DNA of 25,864 nucleotides from a virus: UHGV virus genome UHGV-0869939; one strand, 5' to 3'. Shown piece by piece: positions 17,648 to 25,270 of this stretch (position 1 is its first letter; each line of letters starts with the position of its first letter). The notes under the pieces were generated by a model. It saw only the letters and a program-made list of their open reading frames with translations, ran no database searches and was not told where the DNA came from. The position numbers and the translations under genes were made by a program.

Positions 17648-20600
17648 TGCCGATATATGAACAGGATCCTAAAGAGTTGCTTGGCGAGGATATTCAGCAA
17701 ATAGCAGCACCTGATGACAGTAATTTCTATATGGAAACACCTTCTTTGCTTTCTGCTGTGAACCCATTTACCAGTGATCAACGCGTTCAAAGGTCTAGAC
17801 AAGCAGCATTTCGTATAGATAACACGCTGGGTAGCTTTATTGCCAGTGCTCCTTTCAGTCAGTTTGACAGGGTTGAAGGATATAACCCATTTGATAACGA
17901 TGCAGCAGATATTAAAGGCTATGAAGATTTTGCAGATTCGTTTATCAACTCCGGTTCGCATGAAGAAACAATGGCAATTAAACATCGAATCGATAAGCAA
18001 AGAACAGATAGAGAATATCTATCTGAAATGGGTGGTGCTGGTACTATTTCAAGCTTAGCAATGGGAATGATAGACCCGGTTAATGTGGCTGCAATGTTCA
18101 TCCCTGTAGGGGCGGTAGCGCGTGGAGGAAGTATTGCTGAGACGGCAGGGCGTTTTGCCCTGGCGAATGCTGCTGGTGGGGGAGTATCAGAAGCCGCATT
18201 ACAGGCCACTCAGGAAGCTCGCTCACCGATGGAGAGCGTATCGAACGTTGTTGTTGATGCTCTCGTTGGTGGGATCCTTGGTGCTGGTGCACAGCTACTT
18301 GCTGGACCTAGCGCGCGCGAGGCAGTGGTTAACTCAGTAGGTAATCATTTGCGAGGTATGGATTCTCCTCAAAGCATTGGTGCAGCTCAGGTTTTCAATA
18401 CCACACTCGATCAGGAACAGCTCGCTGGACTTGGACTTGCTAACAAAACGTTGAGTGTCACTCCTGCTGGCCGCTTGGCGCAATCACCATCTCTTGTCTC
18501 CCGTCAGATTAACCAGCAGCTTGCCGAAAATAACTATTTCTTCGCCAAAAATGATGAGGGGTTGGCTACGTTTACGGCAGTCGAGACTAAGATTAAGCAA
18601 TACGACGCCATGCTTTATAAGCAGATGGAAGCCACTCGTGATGCTTATCAGCAGTACAGCAAATCTGTTAGCGCCCGCGGCGTGAAGAGGATGAACTTTA
18701 TTGATTTCAATGAAGCTGTTGGCATGGCCATGCGCCGTGGTGATCAGAGTGATATTCCTGAGGTTTCACAAGCAGCCGCCAGAATCCGCCCCATTTTCGA
18801 GATCACAAAAGCCCGTATGCAGGAACTGGGGATCCTTCCTGAGGATATCGATGTCGTGACGGCGAAAAGTTATCTTCCCCGCATTTATAAGTTCGATAAG
18901 ATACTTTCCGACCGCACTGAATTCAGAGGGCGAATTGCCAACTGGATACAAGGGATTAGTGCCAAAGGTGCTGACAAGGCAGGTCAGCGAATTGAAAGGA
19001 TAAATTCATTGCTAAAAACTGCAGAGGAATCGGCACCGCGCGCTGATGCTCTCGCTAGTGAAATCGCTGAAGCGGAGAAATGGTCTGGTAAAAAAATTCT
19101 ACTCATGGAAGAACTGGATAAACGAAATAAGCTTATATCTCAGGAGACTGACACACAGGCGCGTCTTACAAGAATAGAAAAAGAGTTGGCCGAGACTTCA
19201 TCAGAAAAACTTCAGGCAAGAATGATGAAAGAAAGCTCTGACCTTAAAACACGCCTTGATGATATAGCGCAGGCAAAGAGTGAGCTTCCTGTCTATCAGC
19301 GCCATATGGAGTTGCTGGATAATCCACGGAAATATCGTTCTGAGCTTCGCCGACTGCAAAAACGGGCAAATTCAACCACAAGGCTGAATGCAAGCCGCGA
19401 ACGAGCACTGAAGCAGATGGAGCCTCTATCCCGAGAGGAAGCAGAGGACGCTGCTGACGAGATCGTGAATAAAATAATAGGCGCACCTTCCGGGCTTGTA
19501 CCAGCCGATATTATCCCAGAGAGACTCGTTGGTCGGGCTGGTTTCACTAAAAGCAGAACGCTGCTTATTCCTGATGAGCGTATAGAAGATTTTCTTGAAT
19601 CAGATGTTAACTACATCATGGAAAGTTATCTCCGGCAGGTGGCACCAGAAATTGAGCTGACTGCGCAGTTTGGCCGTAAAGATATGGGGGAGCAAATCCG
19701 TCAGGTTAGTGAGGAATATACCCGGCTAATAAAAGAGGCTAAAACACCTAAACGACGTGCAGTTCTTGAGAAGCAACGGGAGGCTGATATTAGGGATATT
19801 ACGGCTATGCGTGATCGACTGCTTGGTACTTACGGTGCACCTCAAGATCCACGCAGTTTCTTTGTTCGTGCCGGGCGAGTTGCTAGGAATATTAACTTCC
19901 TCCGTTTGCTTGGTGGAATGACTGTCTCCGCTGCAACTGATCTGATGCGACCGATGATGCAGCATGGCCTGAGAAAATCTCTCGGACCAATGGTAAGCAT
20001 GCTTAAAAATATGGACTCAGTGAAAATTGCAACCAGGGATTTGCGAGAAATGGCCGTTGGGCTTGATTATGTCCTGTCTACGCGTACAAAGGCTATAGCG
20101 GATCTTACTGACCCCTATAGCCGGAGAAGCGCCGCTGAGCGAGGTCTGAACTGGATGACGCAGAAATTCGGTAACTGGACGCTGATGAATCAGTGGAACA
20201 GCGCACTTAAATCATGGTCTGGGATGATAGTGCAGTCGAGGATACTTGACGCGGCTCGCCAAGTTTCTGCTGGTGGCACGCTCTCCAAAAGTGAAATGCG
20301 GAAGATGGCACAGGTCGGCATCAATGAAGATGTTCTGCGTCGAATCGGGGAGCAATTCGGGAAGCACGGAGAGGATATGGACGGGCTGTTAACCGGGCAT
20401 AGTCATCTGTGGGATGACCGTTTCGCTAGAGAGATTTTCCAGTCTGCAGTGCTGAAAGATGTAGACTCAGTGATTGTAACGCCTGGCGTAGGTGATACAC
20501 CGCTGTTTTTTAGTAAAGAAGGCTGGAAGATGATCACGCAGTTCAAAACGTTTATCTTCGCACAGCATAACAGGGTGCTGGTATCTGGTATCCAGCAGGG

Positions 20601-21036
20601 CGATGCTGCATTCTATCTTGGTGCGCTTGGCACGATTGCGCTTGGCTCAATGGTCTATATGATGAAACAGAAGTTAAGCGGTCGCGATATTGACTACAGC
20701 TGGAATAACCTTGTGAAAGAGGGGATCGACCGGGGCGGAATGCTTGGCTGGCTCTCTGAGCCGCTGAATACCGTTGAGAACATAAGCGGTGGTAGGTTTG
20801 GTCTTGGCGCGATGTTTGGTGCGCCTCCGGTATCAAGGTTTCAGAGTCGTAATGCTATTGGTGCTTTACTTGGTCCTACCTTTGATCTTGGCGGTGATGC
20901 CGCGACGGTTGCGAATGGTGTACTTAACGGAGAATTTGACAGCCAGCAAACCCACGCGGTCCGTAAAATGCTACCTTTTCAGAACCTGTGGGCGATATCA
21001 CCATTACTAAATAAAGTTGAAGAGCAGATGAAATAG
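17647..21036 (+). CDS. Internal virion (core/ejection) protein D-like (gp16 position)
   Basis: 1129 aa, largest gene in the module, long coiled-coil-like central region; ATGA overlap with the upstream gene. Confidence 0.55.
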   Translation: MPIYEQDPKELLGEDIQQIAAPDDSNFYMETPSLLSAVNPFTSDQRVQRSRQAAFRIDNTLGSFIASAPFSQFDRVEGYNPFDNDAADIKGYEDFADSFINSGSHEETMAIKHRIDKQRTDREYLSEMGGAGTISSLAMGMIDPVNVAAMFIPVGAVARGGSIAETAGRFALANAAGGGVSEAALQATQEARSPMESVSNVVVDALVGGILGAGAQLLAGPSAREAVVNSVGNHLRGMDSPQSIGAAQVFNTTLDQEQLAGLGLANKTLSVTPAGRLAQSPSLVSRQINQQLAENNYFFAKNDEGLATFTAVETKIKQYDAMLYKQMEATRDAYQQYSKSVSARGVKRMNFIDFNEAVGMAMRRGDQSDIPEVSQAAARIRPIFEITKARMQELGILPEDIDVVTAKSYLPRIYKFDKILSDRTEFRGRIANWIQGISAKGADKAGQRIERINSLLKTAEESAPRADALASEIAEAEKWSGKKILLMEELDKRNKLISQETDTQARLTRIEKELAETSSEKLQARMMKESSDLKTRLDDIAQAKSELPVYQRHMELLDNPRKYRSELRRLQKRANSTTRLNASRERALKQMEPLSREEAEDAADEIVNKIIGAPSGLVPADIIPERLVGRAGFTKSRTLLIPDERIEDFLESDVNYIMESYLRQVAPEIELTAQFGRKDMGEQIRQVSEEYTRLIKEAKTPKRRAVLEKQREADIRDITAMRDRLLGTYGAPQDPRSFFVRAGRVARNINFLRLLGGMTVSAATDLMRPMMQHGLRKSLGPMVSMLKNMDSVKIATRDLREMAVGLDYVLSTRTKAIADLTDPYSRRSAAERGLNWMTQKFGNWTLMNQWNSALKSWSGMIVQSRILDAARQVSAGGTLSKSEMRKMAQVGINEDVLRRIGEQFGKHGEDMDGLLTGHSHLWDDRFAREIFQSAVLKDVDSVIVTPGVGDTPLFFSKEGWKMITQFKTFIFAQHNRVLVSGIQQGDAAFYLGALGTIALGSMVYMMKQKLSGRDIDYSWNNLVKEGIDRGGMLGWLSEPLNTVENISGGRFGLGAMFGAPPVSRFQSRNAIGALLGPTFDLGGDAATVANGVLNGEFDSQQTHAVRKMLPFQNLWAISPLLNKVEEQMK

Positions 21037-21037
21037 G

Positions 21038-21889
21038 ATGAAAAAAATAAATTTGTTTTTTGGCATAGTGCTTTCAATAGTCTCTGTAAATCCTACAGCT
21101 GCCAGTTCATTGCAATGCAATAAGGATAACTTTGATGCATGCAAAACGTGTGAACAATTATCAAAGGCTATCGACTTAAAAGAACCTAATCGTGGCGATT
21201 ACTATAGAGGGGCTTTATGGAATGGGCTTTACGCCTCTTATGTAATTAATTGCCCTGTGGTTGCTGAGAAGTTACTGAGCCATGGTGCTATACCATCATA
21301 TGGCGGATATATGGGGTCTATGGGGGCGGTTCTGACAGGAAAATGGCCTCATAACAATGAATCAATAAATCTTTCATGGGCAGATTTGCTTATAAAACAT
21401 GGATTTGATGTTAATAGGCATACGGGGAATTATAAATCAGCTACTGAAGTATGGGCTATAGATAAAAAACAGATTGAATATAAGTCAGTTTTTGACAAGT
21501 TAATTCAATCCAGCGAAGTAAAACCACTCGATCCTTCAAGAAATTTAGAATGGTGTGCGTCTGAAGGGTATCGCTCAGTTGTCGTTTATTCCCTTAACTC
21601 ATGTATAGAAAATGCTATAAAACGTTTGGATGATGGTGTTTCTTCAGCGTCTGATATTTCATCAGCAGCCGTAAATTCCTGTACTAGCGATGTAGAAAAT
21701 TTCAATAAGCATTTGGCATGCAAAGCAGCTGTTAAAGAAAACTCTGATAAAGAGAGAAGCGACGTTTACCAGTTATTAACCAGTGATAGTCAAATGAATA
21801 AAAATGTTATTGATATGCTGAAGGAAAGAAATATTGAAACGGTTCTTGAATTTAGAGCTGAAAATCGATCAGCGAAAACTGCACAGTGA
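21038..21889 (+). CDS. AT-rich moron: secreted Cys-rich protein with ankyrin-like repeat signatures
   Basis: 283 aa; signal peptide MKKINLFFGIVLSIVSVNPTAA; 8 Cys; VVAEKLLSHGA and ADLLIKHGFDVNRHTGN resemble ankyrin-repeat consensus; composition visibly more AT-rich than flanking virion genes. Confidence 0.5.
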   Translation: MKKINLFFGIVLSIVSVNPTAASSLQCNKDNFDACKTCEQLSKAIDLKEPNRGDYYRGALWNGLYASYVINCPVVAEKLLSHGAIPSYGGYMGSMGAVLTGKWPHNNESINLSWADLLIKHGFDVNRHTGNYKSATEVWAIDKKQIEYKSVFDKLIQSSEVKPLDPSRNLEWCASEGYRSVVVYSLNSCIENAIKRLDDGVSSASDISSAAVNSCTSDVENFNKHLACKAAVKENSDKERSDVYQLLTSDSQMNKNVIDMLKERNIETVLEFRAENRSAKTAQ

Positions 21890-21895
21890 TCAAAC

Positions 21896-21920
21896 AGGCC
21901 GCTTTCGCGGCCTTGTTTTT
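21896..21920. terminator. Bidirectional rho-independent terminator
   Basis: AAACAGGCCGC-TTTC-GCGGCCTTGTTTTT: GC-rich stem flanked by A-run and T-run, between convergent genes. Confidence 0.6.
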
Positions 21921-22080
21921 AACGAATGCCACCGCCGCCCGGGCGGGAATCCGCAGAACGCCCACCGCAGCGGGAGCCGTCAGCGGCAGTATCGCTGTCG
22001 TGCTGACAACGACCGGCAAAGGCCTGAGTTGAAGCTACCAGAGACAACAAAACGAACAGTGCAGCAAATGCTTTTTTCAT
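21919..22080 (-). CDS. Small exported peptide (53 aa), Gly/Arg/Asp-rich mature part
   Basis: Signal peptide MKKAFAALFVLLSLVASTQAFA then GRCQHDSDTAADGSRCGGRSADSRPGGGGIR; weak RBS; the longer ATG at 22152 has no RBS. Confidence 0.35.
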   Translation of the reverse strand: MKKAFAALFVLLSLVASTQAFAGRCQHDSDTAADGSRCGGRSADSRPGGGGIR

Positions 22081-22161
22081 TGTGAAATTTCCATCTATAA
22101 GCCACCTCAATGTGGCGTCAATGAGTGTAGCACTGACTTTTGTTTCGTCCATAAAAAACTA

Positions 22162-22674
22162 CTATGCAGGCTTTTTGGATTTGTACGAATAATCCCACGG
22201 ATAAACATTTCTACTAAGTGGAGCTGTATTCGTTCGTTCATGAAATAATTTTGTGAAATTCAATACGGAATCCATCCAAACTTTTGCGTTAGCTTTGGTG
22301 TGTGCGGGCGGGTCCCAATAAGCTAGTAAGGCTGCATCTCTTATTTCATTGACTGCATATATGAGATATGCGTTACTGGTTGGTTTTGGCCTGTAATTTC
22401 CTTGTTCATCAATCAATCCATATGACCACTCATCCCAACACTGTTCAGTACATGAGTATGAATATGATGCATATTCACCAATATTGACATGAACCTTTCT
22501 GAGATGGAAGCCTAATACTTCGTCTGGTCTTTCAAAAAGAGTATCTTTTCCCAGATCAGGATGATGACCATGACGCCAGTGTTGTTTAAAAGCATCTTTT
22601 AGCGAAATCAGAAAGTCATCAGTTTTAAACTCACCAGTAGGTATAACCTTCCCGCTATACTCACTCAAAAACAT
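22162..22674 (-). CDS. Hypothetical protein (170 aa), second gene of an operator-controlled two-gene operon
   Basis: Strong AAGGAAGAGG RBS; ATG lies inside the last codons of the upstream gene (14-nt overlap); AT-rich; His-rich HWRHGHH segment; no family recognised. Confidence 0.55.
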   Translation of the reverse strand: MFLSEYSGKVIPTGEFKTDDFLISLKDAFKQHWRHGHHPDLGKDTLFERPDEVLGFHLRKVHVNIGEYASYSYSCTEQCWDEWSYGLIDEQGNYRPKPTSNAYLIYAVNEIRDAALLAYWDPPAHTKANAKVWMDSVLNFTKLFHERTNTAPLSRNVYPWDYSYKSKKPA

Positions 22675-22987
22675 CGAATTCCTCTTCCTTCATATGCGTT
22701 TCTAATGAGTTAAGCTGGCGGAAAGATATCTCTTTTGATTCTGCAGATGAGAGCTTTTTTATCCGCTTGATATTCTTTGTGATAGGAATAGACATTGTAT
22801 GCACATCAGCGGATGCTCTTGGCTTTGTGCTGATAAAAATATGGCGCAATGCCGCATTTTCACTATTGAACGAGCCAATAGCTGATTTACGTGCTACAAC
22901 CTTACCAGTAAAAATACGACTCTTGCTACGCTTTGCATGAGTTCCGCTTCTTACCGGACCTCTCATCACGAATCCAAGTTTTGTCAT
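22661..22987 (-). CDS. Hypothetical basic protein (108 aa), first gene of the two-gene operon
   Basis: GGAG RBS 7 nt before the ATG; putative promoter (-35 TTGCAG, -10 TACTAT) whose -10 abuts the TTACC-N5-GGTAA site; Lys/Arg-rich. Confidence 0.55.
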   Translation of the reverse strand: MTKLGFVMRGPVRSGTHAKRSKSRIFTGKVVARKSAIGSFNSENAALRHIFISTKPRASADVHTMSIPITKNIKRIKKLSSAESKEISFRQLNSLETHMKEEEFDVFE

Positions 22988-23029
22988 CTTTAATCTCCGG
23001 TAAGTTACAGGTATAAAATAAAAACAGGT

Positions 23030-23044
23030 TTACCTTTAAGGTAA
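23030..23044. promoter_or_regulatory. TTACC-N5-GGTAA palindromic site (copy 3 of 6)
   Basis: TTACCTTTAAGGTAA, 43 bp upstream of the 22987 start, immediately after a TACTAT -10-like hexamer on the minus strand. Confidence 0.6.
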
Positions 23045-23078
23045 TAGTACGCTATTCACCCCCGGTCTGCAATCTGTA

Positions 23079-23108
23079 CAGAATTATTTAAAGGCACATC
23101 CCTGTGCC
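23079..23108 (-). terminator. Possible terminator after the antirepressor gene (minus strand)
   Basis: Minus strand GGCACA-GGGA-TGTGCC followed by TTTAAATAATT. Confidence 0.3.
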
Positions 23109-23116
23109 GCCGCCCG

Positions 23117-23773
23117 TCAGAAGAATCCTGCTTTGTCGTTGATGTACTCCGCGTGGGTCTGGATATCACGCAGGCATTTGCTCACACCGACGATGTAGCA
23201 GAACATGGTGGTCAGCTCCGCCGCCGCGCCCGATACATCATGCCCGTCGTCCTGCAACTGATTCAGCAGATTCATCAGCAATGAGTTCTCCGTCAGGCCG
23301 AGAACACCAGACGGAGAATGAATCAGACTGCGGTAGCCGGGCTTCAGTGGGGCACTGTATTCTTTTTTGTCTTCCAGCTTGATCGCCTCCATAATGGCGG
23401 GCATGAAGCCTGACAAGACCTTCTCCACTTTTGTTTCTTGTTGTCTTAAACGTTTCTCGCATTCAATGAAGTAGCGTCGCACCTGGCGACCTTTTTCGTT
23501 ACGCTCGACCATCGCCAGCTCTTTGGCTGTATCAAGGGTGAGGTGGTACTCTTTGCGGTTGTGGCCGCCTCTACCAGATGTTTGCTTTCCCAAATTGGAA
23601 AGCAAAATATAGTCTTGATTTTCAATGAATTCGTATTCTGATATGCGATTTGTAATCCATGCTGCAAACACCTTTTTAACACCTAAAAAAGCGTGCAGAT
23701 CGCGGGCATTACAAAGTAGGGCTGTTTCGTTAGATATAGTGCCGTTGAATACGGGGATGAGTTGAGCGTTCAT
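23117..23773 (-). CDS. Antirepressor (AntA/AntB-type N-terminal domain with a C-terminal domain paralogous to the 24922..25179 product)
   Basis: N-terminal [54 protein letters not shown]...[31 protein letters not shown] matches the AntA-type pattern as I recall it; GGAG RBS. Confidence 0.7.
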   Translation of the reverse strand: MNAQLIPVFNGTISNETALLCNARDLHAFLGVKKVFAAWITNRISEYEFIENQDYILLSNLGKQTSGRGGHNRKEYHLTLDTAKELAMVERNEKGRQVRRYFIECEKRLRQQETKVEKVLSGFMPAIMEAIKLEDKKEYSAPLKPGYRSLIHSPSGVLGLTENSLLMNLLNQLQDDGHDVSGAAAELTTMFCYIVGVSKCLRDIQTHAEYINDKAGFF

Positions 23774-24044
23774 GATGGCGTCTCCACTTAGCGAATTACA
23801 TCACCACCGCTGAGACCAATCAGATGGTGGTGAACTGAACGGAGTTGGTCTTACCGGCCTAAGTGGTACCGGCGTCCTTTCGGACCCCCATTCAGCCCAC
23901 CATAATTCTGGCATGACTGTGCTATACGCATAAAAAAACCACGTCTGGCGTGGTATGCGCCACTTAGTAATCCGGGAGACCAATCCCGGCACTGGATTTT
24001 GCCAGTGCCCGATTACTATGGCACAAGAGGAGTGCAATGTAAAT

Positions 24045-24059
24045 TTACCGCAAAGGTAA
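24045..24059. promoter_or_regulatory. TTACC-N5-GGTAA palindromic site (copy 4 of 6)
   Basis: TTACCGCAAAGGTAA in the divergent intergenic region; 93 bp centre-to-centre from copy 5. Confidence 0.6.
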
Positions 24060-24137
24060 TGATAAACGCGAAGAAATATTAAAATCAACCGTATTTGGTT
24101 GATTGCGTTTAACGCTTGATCACCTGAAAGCAAGATA

Positions 24138-24152
24138 TTACCTTTAAGGTAA
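24138..24152. promoter_or_regulatory. TTACC-N5-GGTAA palindromic site (copy 5 of 6)
   Basis: TTACCTTTAAGGTAA, 20 bp upstream of the ATG at 24173, preceded by a GATATT -10-like hexamer. Confidence 0.6.
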
Positions 24153-24172
24153 TGTTATTGTGAGGAAAAGCA

Positions 24173-24853
24173 ATGGAAGTTTTCTGGATAGTTGTTGGTG
24201 TGGTTGCGGTGATTATTTACGTTATCAACCAGAACAAGACTAAGATCTCTGATCGTACGGTCGTTAATCATAACAAAACGATAAAGACCGAAGATGGGGA
24301 GATAACGATTAATCGTACACAGGTGATAGAACACACCTCTACTCAGTTTCAAAAAACTGGAGGTAATGCGCCTAATATTTCCGCACCTCCTGCTTATGAT
24401 AGTGCGATAATCCAGACATATTATAAACAGCAGGAGTTAGCAAAAGAGAGGCAACTGATTCAGCCAAAGCCATTTACAGCTGAGCTTCCACCTGGAGTGT
24501 CAACGCGTCCGGCATATCATGGAAGATTCCCTGGTGATGACACATCGTCTCAGTCACCTAAAAAAGCACCTCAGGCAGTATCAGAGCCAGCAAGAATACC
24601 TTCTGTATCGCCGTCAAAAGAAGAATCATCTAACGAAGTTTCAAGTGCCCGCAAGCAGTGTTTGCGATGCAGAATAACCCTTCCATATGAAAAATTCAGG
24701 AAATCGTCAAAAAATCCAGATGGATTGACTAAGTGGTGTGCAAGGTGTCTCGATGGCCCAAAGAATACACGCCATATGAAGTGGTGCCCAATTTGTAATG
24801 TCCGCAGAAAACGAACCAGTTTTACCCTAATAATCAAAATGCGGATGGCTTAA
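24173..24853 (+). CDS. Membrane-anchored protein with tandem zinc-ribbon-like repeats; reading frame broken near 24802-24805 (probable full extent to 24900)
   Basis: N-terminal TM helix FWIVVGVVAVIIYVI; C-terminal repeat CLRC...FRKSSKNPDGLTKWCARC; a second copy (CPIC...NQFYPNNQNADGLMAWCKTCW) continues in the +2 frame and ends at TAG 24898-24900, right at a terminator. Confidence 0.5.
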   Translation: MEVFWIVVGVVAVIIYVINQNKTKISDRTVVNHNKTIKTEDGEITINRTQVIEHTSTQFQKTGGNAPNISAPPAYDSAIIQTYYKQQELAKERQLIQPKPFTAELPPGVSTRPAYHGRFPGDDTSSQSPKKAPQAVSEPARIPSVSPSKEESSNEVSSARKQCLRCRITLPYEKFRKSSKNPDGLTKWCARCLDGPKNTRHMKWCPICNVRRKRTSFTLIIKMRMA

Positions 24854-24899
24854 TGGCATGGTGCAAAACGTGCTGGGACGAGCACAAAGCGAAACGATA

Positions 24900-24925
24900 G
24901 GCCGCTCTTGCGGCCTTTTCTTTAT
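24900..24925. terminator. Bidirectional rho-independent terminator
   Basis: GGCCGC-TCTT-GCGGCC followed by TTTTCTTTAT; lies between convergent genes. Confidence 0.6.
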
Positions 24926-25179
24926 GTGGTTTGTTTTCGTAGTTGTTCGGCACAATAGTCGAGATGTGTTTGCAGATCCTGCATAGACATCTGTGAGCTG
25001 GTGACGTAGTTAATCAGTGCAGTCAGTTCGGCAAGTGGGCCATCGACATTAAATCCATCCTTATCGAGATCCCGGAGTAATTTCATCAAGTGCGATCCCT
25101 CCACCAGTGACCTGACGCCTCCCGGCGTGTGAATCCTTTCGGTAAATCCGTCTTCCAGTGGATAGTGATACTGCTGCAT
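24922..25179 (-). CDS. Small protein homologous to the antirepressor C-terminal domain; candidate SOS-induced antirepressor or immunity modulator
   Basis: 85 aa from the ATG at 25179 with GGAGAAG RBS; the upstream in-frame ATGs at 25302/25281 would place the LexA box and the operator inside the coding sequence; aligns with residues about 130-218 of the 23117..23773 product. Confidence 0.55.
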   Translation of the reverse strand: MQQYHYPLEDGFTERIHTPGGVRSLVEGSHLMKLLRDLDKDGFNVDGPLAELTALINYVTSSQMSMQDLQTHLDYCAEQLRKQTT

Positions 25180-25198
25180 CTTATCTTCTCCATGCAAT

Positions 25199-25218
25199 AA
25201 CTGTATATTTATACAGTA
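25199..25218. promoter_or_regulatory. LexA (SOS) box
   Basis: AACTGTATATTTATACAGTA, CTGT-N8-ACAG core, near-identical to the enterobacterial consensus TACTGTATATATATACAGTA; 20-40 bp upstream of the ATG at 25179, overlapping a TATAAAT -10-like element. Confidence 0.7.
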
Positions 25219-25255
25219 ACAAATAATTTGTTTGCTATCCAGCACGTTTTGCAAA

Positions 25256-25270
25256 TTACCCGAAAGGTAA
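25256..25270. promoter_or_regulatory. TTACC-N5-GGTAA palindromic site (copy 6 of 6)
   Basis: TTACCCGAAAGGTAA between the divergent small antirepressor-domain gene and the tail-fibre gene, about 105 bp upstream of the tail-fibre ATG. Confidence 0.6.

Noticed and set aside
22081-22152. Longer version of the small exported peptide starting at the ATG at 22152
   Set aside because: That ATG is preceded by a T-run and no Shine-Dalgarno sequence, and would bury the signal peptide internally; start at 22080 preferred.
23801-24133. 110-aa minus-strand ORF within the antirepressor upstream region
   Set aside because: Trp/Pro-rich with no RBS; spans both operator sites and the structured leader; more plausibly non-coding regulatory sequence.
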